A stretch of 53,787 nucleotides of DNA from Verrucomicrobiota bacterium (GCA_045046875.1 JASFYY010000134.1:1-53787), one strand, 5' to 3'; counted from the first letter of the stretch, positions 28,401-38,450 are shown. Notes: generated by a model from the letters alone, not told the origin. Numbers and translations: made by a program.

Positions 28401-30666
28401 GAAGGGCTCCAATATGGAGAACCCTGCAGCATCATATTATAAGGTGTTGCGCAAACCGACGGAGATCATGGAGAACACCACCCATCTGTTTCTAGCGACG
28501 CGGTTTAATTGTAATAAATGTCACGACCACCCCTTTGAGCGATGGAATCAAAATCAGTACTACGAAACTTCAGCTTATTTTGCCAGGGTTTCACTGACCA
28601 ATGATACTAAGAATAGTAAAAATCGTCGTATTGGCGGTTCCGCGGTGGAGGGTGCCAAGCCCTTGTTTGAAATGGTGGGGGATAAAAAAGATGGCGAAGT
28701 CAAGCATGAGCGTACCGGGGAGCTTACCGCTCCTAAATTTCCTTATGAAGTCAAACATACCGTAAAAAAAGGAGCTACTCGGCGTGAGGCCTTGGCGGCG
28801 TGGATGGTTGCGCCGGACAATCAGTATTTTGCCAAAAGTTATGCCAACCGGATCTGGGGTTATATGTTGGGAACCGGTATCATTGAGCCGCTTGATGATA
28901 TTCGTGCGGGCAATCCGCCGAGCAATCCCGAGCTGTTGGATTATTTGACCGAACAGTTTGTAGGTAGCGGTTTTGATGTCAGGAAACTGATGACGATGAT
29001 TTGTAAGTCACGCACCTATCAGTTGTCACTGAAGACCAATCGGTGGAATGCTGATGATGAGATCAATTATTCCCATGCGATTGCGCGCCGCCTACCGGCC
29101 GAAGTGATTTTTGATGCGCTTTACGAAGTGACCGGTAGTGTGCCGAACATACCGGGAGCCAAACCTGGCATGAGGGCAGCCCAGATCGCCGATGCACGGA
29201 CCGATTTGCCTAGCGGAATCCTGGCAAGCCTAGGCCGCCCTGTCAGGGAGAGCGCTTGTGAGTGTGAACGGGCGAATGATGTGCAACTGGGCACTATCAT
29301 GACTCTGGTGAGTGGACCGACCATTGCGGATGCGATCGCTGACCCGAAAAATGCCTTGGTCAAGTTGGTGGATGAACAAGCAGATGACCGTAAGTTGTTT
29401 GAAGAAGTTTTCCTGCGTGTGATTAATCGTCTGCCAAGCGATGCTGAAATCAAAGCGGTGGAGAAAAGTATGTCGGAAATCGAGCGGGATCATATGGGCT
29501 TGGTGGGCAAATTAGCAGAAATGGAAGCTAAGATGGTGCCAATTCGTGCGGAGCAGGAGCGGCAGCGGTTGTTGTCGATGCAAAAAGCTAATAAGGGAAT
29601 CAAGGCTTACACTGCCGAATATACTAAGAAGAGATCGCTCGCTGCGGTGGAACAGAAAAAACGTATGGCTCTCGCGGAAAAAACGCTCAAGGCTTATGCG
29701 GTCAAACAGGCGAGCAGCATGAAGAAGTGGGAGTCCGAGCTCCCAGTGAACCGGCTCTGGACCACTTGGACACCCTTGGTTCCAAAGGCAGTGAAAGCCA
29801 CTGGAGGAATCACGCTTACAGCGCAAGCTGACGGTGCCGTGATCGCGTCAGGTCCATCGAAGTCGACGGACTACAGCATCACCTTTGACAGCAAAATGTC
29901 AGGGATCACGGGCATCATGATCGAAGCTTTGCCGGACGGAAAACTGTCAGGTTTCGGGCCAGGATTGAATGGTAATGGTAACTTTGTGCTTACTGAATTG
30001 AAGTTAACTTCCACGGCAAAAAAGGCGGGATCAAAAGCGCAGGTTGCAAAATTTGTCGATGCCAAGGCTGATGTGAATCAAAAAAGTTTCAGTGTGAAAA
30101 ATGCCATCAATGGAAACATTCGCAACAACGACAAAGCATGGGCGATTGGGGGCAAGGAGCGGCAGCCACACTGGGCACGCTTCAAATTGGAAAAACCCTT
30201 GGGCGATGCCAAGGGGGCAACTTTTAATTTCTCTTTGATGTGCCGGTATAGCAAGGGGGACTACCCATTAGGTAAATTTCGGATATGGGTCACGACTTCC
30301 AAACAACCGCTGGAACTGGGCTTGCCCGTAGGTGTAGCCACAGCAATCAAAACGGCGCCCGGCCAACGCAGTCCTCAGCAGGTATCGGAGCTGGCGGCTT
30401 ATTATAAGCTGATCGACTTGGAAGGGCTGAAACATCGGTTTGCCCTGGCCAAGGAAAAGCGGCCTTTGCCAAGTGACCCTAAAATGAACGGCTTGAAAGC
30501 GGTATTGGTTAAAGCTCAGCGACCAGTTCCACAGAACGCGACTTTGTTGCAACTGCGGCAGGATGTGGAGATGAGCATTGAACAGGCAGCAAATCAACGG
30601 CTGACCACGGTTCAGGATCTGACTTGGGCTTTGATCAACAACCCTTCGTTTTTGTTTAATCACTGA
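25495..30666 (+). CDS. Multidomain DUF1549/DUF1553 protein with N-terminal cytochrome c, WD40 propeller, Ig-like domains and C-terminal beta-sandwich
   Basis: CQGCH, repeated (F/Y/W)SPDGK WD40 turns, GCSAGTCHG, CNKCHDHPF, NPPSNPELL, ACECER, DLTWALINNPSFLFNH. Confidence 0.88.
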   Translation: MKIPSHSTARLAKLVCASFMMLSALLLPLNAEDKVMMKKSGGKEVSYYKDIRPVFQAKCQGCHQPAKAKGDYVMTDVAKLIAGGESDQAVIPHQPQQSLLIEQVTPVKGEVEMPPKGKEDPLSKVELKLVTDWIKQGAKDDTPVNAREVYDMNHPPKYAVSPVVTSLDYSPDGKLLAVAGFHEVLLHKADGSGLVARLVGLSERIESVRFSPDGKLLAVTGGLPARMGEVQIWDVAKKKLKQSVPVGFDTLYGGSWSPDGKTVAFGMTDNTVRAIDVGNGKQVLFMGGHSDWALDTVFSSKGTHLVSVGRDMSAKLTEVKSERFVDNITSITPKALKGGIAAVTRHPVKDEILVGGSDGVPQIYRMIRQTARRIGDNANLIRQFPAMQGRIWSTAYSPDGKMIAACSSLNGKGWVNIYSSDFDSEMPKMVKAAFGKVATTRSAEEKKAVEDYYTKDVKLLHSAAFAESTIFALAFSPDGQTVAAAGDDGKVRLIKIATGKVAKAFVPVKIDGADAVAKVLVENGSKKIPLNLKKGKFGKSVQRSLPKGGKVVELMLSPAKIKLDAPNLYSQILVMAKLADGTSADLTREVKWILDKPLLQIDALGVARPKGEGQATLTVSHGSLKTSIPVIVSGLNHASKPDFIRDVNPVLNRLGCSAGTCHGAKAGKNGFKLSLRGYDPLYDVRAFGDDHTARRVNYASPDDSLMLMKATGAVPHEGGALTDIHSDYYNVIRQWIADGAQLDLKSKKVSRIELFPKKPVIQNIGASQQIRVIAYFADGLQRDVTREAYINSGNKDVATHDDFGLISTLRRGEAPILARYEGSYSATTLTVMGDRSGYKWTKQPAQGRIDELVAAKWKRMKIQPSGLCKDEEFIRRVYLDLSGLPPSADAVRKFIADKAPSRQKRDQLIDTLIGSPEFVDHWTNKWADMLQVNSKFLGKEGAQLFRDWIHEQVEKNVPYDKFAYSILTAKGSNMENPAASYYKVLRKPTEIMENTTHLFLATRFNCNKCHDHPFERWNQNQYYETSAYFARVSLTNDTKNSKNRRIGGSAVEGAKPLFEMVGDKKDGEVKHERTGELTAPKFPYEVKHTVKKGATRREALAAWMVAPDNQYFAKSYANRIWGYMLGTGIIEPLDDIRAGNPPSNPELLDYLTEQFVGSGFDVRKLMTMICKSRTYQLSLKTNRWNADDEINYSHAIARRLPAEVIFDALYEVTGSVPNIPGAKPGMRAAQIADARTDLPSGILASLGRPVRESACECERANDVQLGTIMTLVSGPTIADAIADPKNALVKLVDEQADDRKLFEEVFLRVINRLPSDAEIKAVEKSMSEIERDHMGLVGKLAEMEAKMVPIRAEQERQRLLSMQKANKGIKAYTAEYTKKRSLAAVEQKKRMALAEKTLKAYAVKQASSMKKWESELPVNRLWTTWTPLVPKAVKATGGITLTAQADGAVIASGPSKSTDYSITFDSKMSGITGIMIEALPDGKLSGFGPGLNGNGNFVLTELKLTSTAKKAGSKAQVAKFVDAKADVNQKSFSVKNAINGNIRNNDKAWAIGGKERQPHWARFKLEKPLGDAKGATFNFSLMCRYSKGDYPLGKFRIWVTTSKQPLELGLPVGVATAIKTAPGQRSPQQVSELAAYYKLIDLEGLKHRFALAKEKRPLPSDPKMNGLKAVLVKAQRPVPQNATLLQLRQDVEMSIEQAANQRLTTVQDLTWALINNPSFLFNH

Positions 30667-30746
30667 GATGAAAGAATGACCAGATTAGAAGATCTATTTG
30701 AATTGAATTAAAATGATTGCGGCTGAAACCTTTACCCCTTGATACT

Positions 30747-32216
30747 ATGATTAGAATACCTGGAGCTGTTGGAAAAGACCTTTGTGACTCCCATTTAAAA
30801 GCCAGCCGCCGCGATTTCCTTCGTGTCGGTGGCGCGGGAATGTTGGGCATGAGCTTGAATACTGTGTTTCGAGCGCAAGCGGCGAGCAAGGGCAGTAAAT
30901 TGGTGGGTGCACCGGGATGGGGCAAAGCCAAGAGTGTGATCATGGTTTATATGCAGGGTGGTCCCAGTCATCTTGATCTATGGGATCCCAAGGAAAATGT
31001 GCCGGACAATATCCGCAGTCAATTCAAGCCGATTCCGACAAAAATCCCCGGTGTGAATTTCACTGAGATCTTGCCCAAACTGGCAAAGGTGAATGATAAG
31101 TTCACCATGTGCCGTTCGATGAGTTACACTCCGAATGGTTTGTTCAATCACACTGCGGCGATTTATCAAATCATGACGGGATACACCACGGACAAGGTGA
31201 GTCCATCGGGGCAGTTGGAACCTCCAAGTCCCAAGGATTATCCTAACTTTGGATCGAATATCATCAAGCAGCAGCCGATGAAAGAGCCGATGCTGCCTTT
31301 TGTGATGATGCCGCGTCCTTTGCAAGAATCCAATGTGGTGAACAAAGCGGGTACTGCTGGTTTTCTAGGCAAGGCTTTTGACCCTTATTATTTGTTTCCC
31401 GATGGGGACGATCTTAACATGAATAAGATGGATAGCATCAAGGTGGACGACTTGCAGTTGCGTCCGGAAGCCTTCGCCGTTCGTTTGCGGCGTAGGGCCA
31501 GTTTGCGTGAAGCGCTGAGTGCGCAGATGCCGGTCATCGACAAGGCGGTGGAGAAATACAATCTTGATGAATATTACTCTAGGGCTTTGAACTTGATTGT
31601 TTCAGGGCGGGCTAGAGATGCTTTTAATTTGCCGGAAGAGAGCGAAAAAATGCGAGATCGTTACGGTCGCAATACGTTTGGGCAGAGCTGTTTGTTGGCA
31701 CGCCGATTGGTGGAGGCCGGAACCAAAGTGGTGGAAGTCATTTGGCCTAAAGTAGCTAACTCGGATAATCATTCGTGGGATCATCACTCGGGATTGACCA
31801 AACGGATGAAAGATCAATCCGGGCCGATGCTGGATCAGGGTTTGTCAGCTCTATTTGAAGATCTCGATGACAGGGGTTTGCTTGACGAAACCCTGGTGGT
31901 GGCCATCGGGGAATTCGGACGCAGTCCGGTGAAAGGGGTCAGTACTTCGGGCAATAGTAACAGCGCCGATGGCAGGGATCATTGGCCTTATTGTTACACC
32001 TCGGTGATTGGGGGAGCGGGAATCAAACGGGGATACGTGCATGGCAAGTCGGATAAAACCGGTTCTGCACCAGTTGAAGATCCGGTGCATCCCACTGAGA
32101 TTCTGGCGACGATTTATCATAGCTTTGGAATTGATCCCGAAACGATTGTTTACAATCACCTCAAACAACCGCGTGAATTGGTCAAAGCCCAGGCGGTGAA
32201 TAAACTTTTTGCTTAA
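30747..32216 (+). CDS. DUF1501 domain protein
   Basis: SRRDFLR Tat motif, [42 protein letters not shown] 30747 preferred. Confidence 0.92.
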   Translation: MIRIPGAVGKDLCDSHLKASRRDFLRVGGAGMLGMSLNTVFRAQAASKGSKLVGAPGWGKAKSVIMVYMQGGPSHLDLWDPKENVPDNIRSQFKPIPTKIPGVNFTEILPKLAKVNDKFTMCRSMSYTPNGLFNHTAAIYQIMTGYTTDKVSPSGQLEPPSPKDYPNFGSNIIKQQPMKEPMLPFVMMPRPLQESNVVNKAGTAGFLGKAFDPYYLFPDGDDLNMNKMDSIKVDDLQLRPEAFAVRLRRRASLREALSAQMPVIDKAVEKYNLDEYYSRALNLIVSGRARDAFNLPEESEKMRDRYGRNTFGQSCLLARRLVEAGTKVVEVIWPKVANSDNHSWDHHSGLTKRMKDQSGPMLDQGLSALFEDLDDRGLLDETLVVAIGEFGRSPVKGVSTSGNSNSADGRDHWPYCYTSVIGGAGIKRGYVHGKSDKTGSAPVEDPVHPTEILATIYHSFGIDPETIVYNHLKQPRELVKAQAVNKLFA

Positions 32217-32509
32217 GCCGGCGAGGGCGCTTTTTCCCAGAGATAAGACCATCTCAGGGTTGCTCGGCGACCTATGGTAGCAGGCTTATTTAGTTAAGCG
32301 AGGAAGTGGGAGCATTCTATTTACTGCTGTGGAGCAGTAATTTGAGTGAATTAGTTCTATGCTAAATTAATTCACTACCAAAAATCGGCCTCAAATGTCG
32401 ATAAAAAAGTGTATTTTTTCTTTCTTTATCAAGGATTGAACCTGTATCCTGCAAATGCTTGATGAAGAGGATGTTGCGAATTTACTAAAAGGGCTTAAAT
32501 AAAACCGTT

Positions 32510-35500
32510 ATGGAAATAAAAAATAGAATAGCTGTGATGCTATTATTGTTAGCCTGTATTTTCACCTCAGCGGCAGGAGCAGCGGAGCGTACTGCTGGTA
32601 TGGTTCACTTGAAAGAGCTGCCTCCGGTGGATGGGAGTTTGAAAGGTCTGTCCACACTGGCTCCTTTTGCTGAATGGGATGAACCTCAAGAAGTGGTGTG
32701 GGGAGCTTCCGAATGGGAGGGGACTGAAGATTTTTCCGGCACTGTTTATTTGGGCTGGAACGAGGAGTTTTTGTTTGTTTCTGCCATTATAACTGATGAT
32801 GTGATTGTCGGAGGAAATCTCACCGGGGATGGCTTGGAGATTTTTCTCGATGTTCCGCGTCAGCCGGGTGAAGCCAAAGACAAAACGCGCATATTACAAA
32901 TTGGCACGAGTATAGGAGCTGATGCCAATGGCAAAAATGCGGAGGCCCAGGTGGTATTGCGTGGAGATCGCCCAGGCCCGGTTGCTGGAGCCAAAATCGC
33001 AGCAAAAAGGCTGGATACGGGATATCAGATAACCGTGGCTTTGCCCTGGGAAACTTTGGGCATCATGGGTGTAAGTGAAGGTGTTCAGCTCGGTATAGAT
33101 GTGGTTGGACATGATTCTGACTATGAGTCGGAGGAAGATGATACTTGGGTCAAGGGTGGAGAAACCCTGGTAAGTTTGTTGAACACTCCTTGGGCTGAAG
33201 GCAATGCCAACCGTATGCTGGAAGTGCGTTTGGGGGATGATGAGGGAGGTCTCAATGTCGAGACGATGGGCTTCGGTTATAAGGTGGTTAAAAAATCGGT
33301 TAGAGTTGGGCCGGGGCAGACCATGTCGGTGAAAATCACCGGGGATGGATCGGCCAAAGAATCGGAAAACGAAGGGGGAATCGAAGAGTTGGTGATACAA
33401 GCAAGAATAGATTCTTCGCAGATAGGCAAAGGTACTGGTGTTTTAAAAATAGAACTCAATGGAGTGATTTTGGATCTCGACCGGGTGCGCAACCGGACGG
33501 AGACTTTTCGTATGGGGCAGAAAATCGAAACTTCCTACCGTGGGCCGGGTTGGTTTTTGATGTATTCACCCGATTTCAAACCAGCTCCTGTCACCTCGCC
33601 GTTTGCGATCAGGGGGGTGGATCCTTATGAGTTGGATTTTGATGTGATCGACCTGTGGAAACAAAATGGCGAGAATGTGATCAAGTTGAGTCACAGTGAC
33701 CCAAGGGTGGCGCGTGCGATCATTGCAAATATCGGACTGGGAAAACATTTGGTACCTAAAAAAGTGGCACGTTTGCCGATGCAAGCACCCACCGGACGCA
33801 TCCCATACCGTGAGCCTTCAGTAGAGAGTGAAGTTGGATTTTTGTATCAGCTCAGCGAAGGGGGAGGCATCCGGGTCGAACTCGGAGGGAGAACCTGGAT
33901 GGTGGAATCGATGTTTTCCACCACCGAGCCAGGCTGGGCAAGCTTGATGGAGAGTGGTGATGGCGGGTGGGATGAAATCGAGGCTTCCGGCGATACATTG
34001 ACTGCCAAGTCGAAAAATTTTGGCCTCAAACGAACTTTGCAACGTGACGGGGATCGTTTGATTGTAAAAGACCGGCTGGAAAATATCGCGGCGATGGATT
34101 TGCCGGTGATGGTGCGCCATAAGGTGGATCTGGGGGATGGCGTGACGGGGGTGTATTTGTCGGGTTTGCCTGTAGAATCGCCAATTTTAAAAACCGAAGA
34201 GGGGGGGCACCCTTCGTCGTTGGGTTTGTATTTGGATAAGGGAATCGGATTGATCAGTGAGGATGACCTGATGCGTACCCAGGCGTGGAATTACCGCAAC
34301 CGTTCTGAGATCGGCATCGACAATCGTCGTTTGGTGATAGCCAAAGGACAGAGTGTGACATTGGAGTATTCCATTTACCCTTTGGAGTCACCCGATCCTT
34401 TCCTTTTTGCCAACCGTATTAGGAAACATTGGGGGGTAAATTTCACCATAGATGGAAGTTTTTGTTTTTTGTCGGCATCGGCACCCATAGCTGAAAAATC
34501 TGATTTGGAATTGGGCACTTACCTCACAGGTAAGTCCGCTAAGTATGTAGCGATCAATCCCGGGGCTTTTAAAAACCGCATCGCTTATGGAACTACTTTT
34601 ACAGGCGCAGATATTAGCGGTCAGATTGACTTGATTGAAAGGATTAAGTTATCCAGAGACGATTCGGAGGGTCTGTATTCGTATAGCTGTTTTGTATCAG
34701 CGGGAGACGGGGATGCCCAGACTTTTGCCAAGGATGCGCATATCACCTATGATGGTAAACCCGGGTATTTTGGTAATCCTATTTACCCTGTGTTTTTGCC
34801 ACGTGAGGGATCGGATTTCGCAAAAAAACAAGACGAATTGATTGCTGCCCGTTGGAAAAAAATGCCGATCCAAGGCATTTACTGGGATGACCTTAATTTC
34901 ATTGCTACCCAACGCTTTGATTACAGTGCTCAATGGGGAGGGCAGGCCGCCCTGATTTCTACCAAAACGCATCAAATAGAAACAAAAATATCCGATGCGG
35001 ACTTGGTGACTTTGTCTTGGCGCTTGAAAACGGCTAAGGATCTGTTGAGCAAAGGGGTATTGATCGCCAGGGGAGCGCCGCGGACCCGAAGTTTTACTCA
35101 ATTACATTTCCCGCGTGTGGTTCGTACCACTTCGATCAGTAATTTAGCTAAAATGCAGCTTTATACGCCGATTGGTTTTGGTGACCAATTGACTGAGAGA
35201 ACAGCGGAAGACTGTTACCGGAATATGCTGGAGGCTTTGGACTATGGCGCCTTGTATTATTGGTTTAATTATCGAGTCAAACCTAATGCGCCGACGCTTA
35301 CATCCTCGATGTTTCCGATCACGTATATCGAAATGGGGCGTGGGTTTATTATTGGTGAAGAAAGAATTCTGGCCAATCGCAGTGGATATTATGGCTGGGG
35401 GGATATGAGCGAGTTTGAGACCCTGGTCTTCGACGAGGAGGGACGCCAAACCCTTGAAGTTGAAGTGCAACGCATTATCAAAAGGCAAAAAGCCTACGCC

Positions 35501-35551
35501 GAAGTGAGAATCCCGGAGGGTTACAGCGTGGCGATCATTCGCACTAAGTGA
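32510..35551 (+). CDS. Secreted protein with N-terminal CBM9/DOMON-like sugar-binding domain and possible C-terminal glycoside-hydrolase-like barrel
   Basis: Signal peptide; DFSGTVYLGWNEEFLFV..DD..GDGLEIFLD..ALPW..IDV..HDSD (CBM9-like); C-terminal QGIYWDD. Confidence 0.6.
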   Translation: MEIKNRIAVMLLLLACIFTSAAGAAERTAGMVHLKELPPVDGSLKGLSTLAPFAEWDEPQEVVWGASEWEGTEDFSGTVYLGWNEEFLFVSAIITDDVIVGGNLTGDGLEIFLDVPRQPGEAKDKTRILQIGTSIGADANGKNAEAQVVLRGDRPGPVAGAKIAAKRLDTGYQITVALPWETLGIMGVSEGVQLGIDVVGHDSDYESEEDDTWVKGGETLVSLLNTPWAEGNANRMLEVRLGDDEGGLNVETMGFGYKVVKKSVRVGPGQTMSVKITGDGSAKESENEGGIEELVIQARIDSSQIGKGTGVLKIELNGVILDLDRVRNRTETFRMGQKIETSYRGPGWFLMYSPDFKPAPVTSPFAIRGVDPYELDFDVIDLWKQNGENVIKLSHSDPRVARAIIANIGLGKHLVPKKVARLPMQAPTGRIPYREPSVESEVGFLYQLSEGGGIRVELGGRTWMVESMFSTTEPGWASLMESGDGGWDEIEASGDTLTAKSKNFGLKRTLQRDGDRLIVKDRLENIAAMDLPVMVRHKVDLGDGVTGVYLSGLPVESPILKTEEGGHPSSLGLYLDKGIGLISEDDLMRTQAWNYRNRSEIGIDNRRLVIAKGQSVTLEYSIYPLESPDPFLFANRIRKHWGVNFTIDGSFCFLSASAPIAEKSDLELGTYLTGKSAKYVAINPGAFKNRIAYGTTFTGADISGQIDLIERIKLSRDDSEGLYSYSCFVSAGDGDAQTFAKDAHITYDGKPGYFGNPIYPVFLPREGSDFAKKQDELIAARWKKMPIQGIYWDDLNFIATQRFDYSAQWGGQAALISTKTHQIETKISDADLVTLSWRLKTAKDLLSKGVLIARGAPRTRSFTQLHFPRVVRTTSISNLAKMQLYTPIGFGDQLTERTAEDCYRNMLEALDYGALYYWFNYRVKPNAPTLTSSMFPITYIEMGRGFIIGEERILANRSGYYGWGDMSEFETLVFDEEGRQTLEVEVQRIIKRQKAYAEVRIPEGYSVAIIRTK

Positions 35552-35599
35552 GCTTGCGAGGTTGCCGCTATAGGCGAATAAGAAAGCCAACAGAAGGAG

Positions 35600-36694
35600 T
35601 CAGCTATCTTCGTCCACGGTTTCGTCGCGTTGATAAATGGGCAACTGACGATAGGGCACGGTGAAGGATAATACCATCATGGTGGTGCCATAGGTGGCAC
35701 CGTTACGGGAGTTGGACCAGGAACCGTTGGCTTGTTGTTTGGGGATGTAATGAGGATACATCCAGGCCGCGTAGGTTTCCCAGTATTTTCCACCCAACTG
35801 GAACATCGCCTGAGCGTTGTAATAATTGGCGTAAAACTCGTGGGCATTGCCAACGATGCGTTGGTGAATTTTGAGGATGTAGTCACCGGCACGGTAGGTG
35901 GATTCAGTGCCATGGAAACCTGATAGCTCAAGACAGAGCAGGCCGCAACCGGAGAGGGTCTCCGAATGCCCCCAGGGATCGGTGTAACCAAATCGTCCCT
36001 CCTTGGGATCGTGATTGCGCAGCACATAGTCAACCGAGGATTTGATCGCGGCATCGGGGATCGGAGCCCCGTTCAGTTTGGCCGACCTCAAGGCCATCAG
36101 CGCCCAACCGCTGCAGGATAAGTCCGAATCACGGGAGTCCGGTTTGTAGCGCCAGCCACCCTGATGTTTTTCGGTTTTTGGCACCGCCTGGGCAGCCAGG
36201 ATAAGGCGCATGGCTTTGCCGAGAACCTGGTCAAGTTCATCCTGGGTTTGCGGATCCACCATGCCCGAACATTCCGATAAAAACAATGAGGCGATATTGT
36301 GGGCATACATCACTCCGTGACCCGAGTCTCCCATGTCAAGTAGGCCGTTGCTGCGCTGGCTGTTCAAAATGTAGTGAATGCAACGACTGAGCGTGGTTGA
36401 ATATTTCCCCTGTCCGGGAGTATGCCCCTTCGAAAGAAAGGCCATGCCCGCCAAGGCGACAATGCCGGTAGAACGGCCATAGGCATCGGGAAAGGTTCCG
36501 TCAGGATTTTGGCTGGCAGCGAGAAATTCGAGCGCGCGTTCAACCGAGCGGCCGACTTGCGTCTGGTATTTTTGAAACACCGTGTTGGAGAGGGCGCGCC
36601 CCTGGGCATGAGAGCTCAAGGGCTGCATCAAACAAAACACCGTCAACAAGAGTGCGGATATGCGTTTTTTAATGCGGTTGGCCTTGTTTCTCAT
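35600..36694 (-). CDS. Prenyltransferase/squalene-oxidase (QW) repeat protein
   Basis: Signal peptide; LAASQNPDGTF, SQRSNG, GGWRY..DLSCSGWALMALRSA, QQANGSW, LPIYQR C-terminus. Confidence 0.85.
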   Translation of the reverse strand: MRNKANRIKKRISALLLTVFCLMQPLSSHAQGRALSNTVFQKYQTQVGRSVERALEFLAASQNPDGTFPDAYGRSTGIVALAGMAFLSKGHTPGQGKYSTTLSRCIHYILNSQRSNGLLDMGDSGHGVMYAHNIASLFLSECSGMVDPQTQDELDQVLGKAMRLILAAQAVPKTEKHQGGWRYKPDSRDSDLSCSGWALMALRSAKLNGAPIPDAAIKSSVDYVLRNHDPKEGRFGYTDPWGHSETLSGCGLLCLELSGFHGTESTYRAGDYILKIHQRIVGNAHEFYANYYNAQAMFQLGGKYWETYAAWMYPHYIPKQQANGSWSNSRNGATYGTTMMVLSFTVPYRQLPIYQRDETVDEDS

Positions 36695-37054
36695 TGGGAT
36701 GGAATGTCGTTTTTTTTATCTATGTCCATGATAGCCACAGATAAAAAGAGTAGCAGTAGAATAAACCGCTTTCAAAGCTTCTCAACCTGCAATAAACCAA
36801 GTAGGGCAGCATGGGTTTGCCTACGAAGGTTTTCCGTTTCAGCCTAAGAATATCAGCAACGATCAAGAGTTCGGGGCAAAAAGAAGGGCTGCTCAAATAA
36901 TAGATAGCTGCGCTCTATGGAAGCATGGATAGCTTTCAAAAGGCGCTACAAACCCGTTTTCATTTAAGGCGTCAGACAGTTTGCCGGAAGACGAGAGCGG
37001 CGGGATGCGAGATGAGGAAAACAAATATGAAAATTTGTTTTACGGTTTGAGGGG

Positions 37055-37318
37055 TTAACCTTTAAGTTGACCGGATTTCTTCTCGGTATCGGCTCTGAAG
37101 TTGGCGGCTTTGTCTTTTTTGCAGCCGGAGGGCAGTTCGACACAATCCTGACAGGTGTTGAGCTCGATGCAATTGGGGTCACCTGCGAGGCGGCGGCGTT
37201 TGGCTTCCTGGGACATGGCGTAGGATCCGATGCCGCCAATGATAACGGTGCGCATGCCGATGGCGAAAAACTGACGCCGTGCGGGAGTGGTGGCTTTGGG
37301 GGATGAAGGTTGGCTCAT
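37055..37318 (-). CDS. Small Tat-like membrane-anchored protein with a 4-Cys motif (putative Fe-S/metal binding)
   Basis: Strong RBS AAGGAG; ARRQFF then a hydrophobic helix; C-x5-C-x2-C-x6-C; 22 nt downstream of the preceding gene. Confidence 0.75.
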   Translation of the reverse strand: MSQPSSPKATTPARRQFFAIGMRTVIIGGIGSYAMSQEAKRRRLAGDPNCIELNTCQDCVELPSGCKKDKAANFRADTEKKSGQLKG

Positions 37319-37340
37319 GGGAATCTCCTTTTAATAATGC

Positions 37341-38450
37341 TCAGGCACTGAGCTCGTTAACGTTAGTGCGGTTGCTGTTGTCATCAACTTCAGCCGTATC
37401 TTGTAATTTTATTTTGGGGGTGAAGGGGCGCACCACCATGCGGAAAGGATCGAGCACCAGAACACGTCCGGATTCTTCGATCGCGACATCAAAACCTGCG
37501 CCGACACTGCAATCGCCGCAGGCGCGTTTGGCGAGCTCTTTGTCATCAATCAAGGTGTTCGGACCGGCAACGGCGCCTTTGAATTCGCCATCGGCACTGT
37601 AGATGTTCACCCGGGCGAGCCCTTTTTCACTGGTGATGAAATCGCCGTTGGGCATCATGGTGAAATAACAAGGGTTGCAGCAACCGCAGAAGCGATCAAT
37701 TTTCATGCCGGGGCCACCCCATGATGATTTAAACTCTCCATTCAGGGAGTAAGTTTCGACACGCAGGCGACCGGGGTTGACCACTCGTAGTTGGTCGTCG
37801 CTGGCGACGGTCAAATCGAAGTAGGGGCTGGGAACAGCAAAACCAGGATTGTTTTTATTTTCGTCTTTTTCACCGAACTGGTTTTTCACTTCGCCGGTCT
37901 TGCGGTCACAGATCAGCACCTTTCGGTTGCCTCCGTCGGCCAGATAGATGGCGTCGTCACTAACGGCAATGGATGTCAGATAAGTGCGGCGGGGTAATTT
38001 GGGTGACTGCCATTTTTCCTTGCCTTCAAAATCATAAACGGTGAACTCCTTGGCAGTGCCTACGATGAGCTCGTTCTCTTTGGTGACCAGCATGCAGTGG
38101 GGAGATCCTTTGATCGGGAACTCAGCTTCTACTTCGCCTTTGGCAGCGAAGATTTTCACAGATTTGTCTCCGGCCACAGCGTATCGTCCCCCGGGCATGG
38201 CTTCGATGCGTTTGACTCGATCGAAGCCGGTGGAGATGTGCTCCTCGGGATCGTAGAGCAGCAGCTCGGGATCGGTATTTTCAAATTTACTGATGTCGTA
38301 AACAAAACGACTGTCGAGTGCGGTGGGCACCGGTTTCCGGATTTGACTGGGGCTTTGGAACTTGCGCGCTACCCATCCGGCTGCACCTCCCATTCCGAGC
38401 AATACAGCCCCCATCAATCCACGTCTTCCTATGTCGGATTTTTCTCCCAT
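37341..38450 (-). CDS. NHL/beta-propeller protein with Tat-like signal and FCGCCNPC motif
   Basis: GRRGLMG plus hydrophobic stretch; NHL-like blades (IYLADGGNRKV, NPGRLRVETY, GDFITSEKG); FCGCCNPC and CGDC. ATG 38450. Confidence 0.78.
   Translation of the reverse strand: MGEKSDIGRRGLMGAVLLGMGGAAGWVARKFQSPSQIRKPVPTALDSRFVYDISKFENTDPELLLYDPEEHISTGFDRVKRIEAMPGGRYAVAGDKSVKIFAAKGEVEAEFPIKGSPHCMLVTKENELIVGTAKEFTVYDFEGKEKWQSPKLPRRTYLTSIAVSDDAIYLADGGNRKVLICDRKTGEVKNQFGEKDENKNNPGFAVPSPYFDLTVASDDQLRVVNPGRLRVETYSLNGEFKSSWGGPGMKIDRFCGCCNPCYFTMMPNGDFITSEKGLARVNIYSADGEFKGAVAGPNTLIDDKELAKRACGDCSVGAGFDVAIEESGRVLVLDPFRMVVRPFTPKIKLQDTAEVDDNSNRTNVNELSA

Noticed and set aside
35600..36694. Squalene-hopene cyclase / terpene biosynthetic cluster
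   Set aside because: Single 364-aa domain with a signal peptide and no DxDD motif; no isoprenoid genes adjacent.
36700..37050. Additional gene between the prenyltransferase-repeat gene and the small Cys protein
   Set aside because: Candidate ORFs overlap real genes in other frames and have no recognisable motif.
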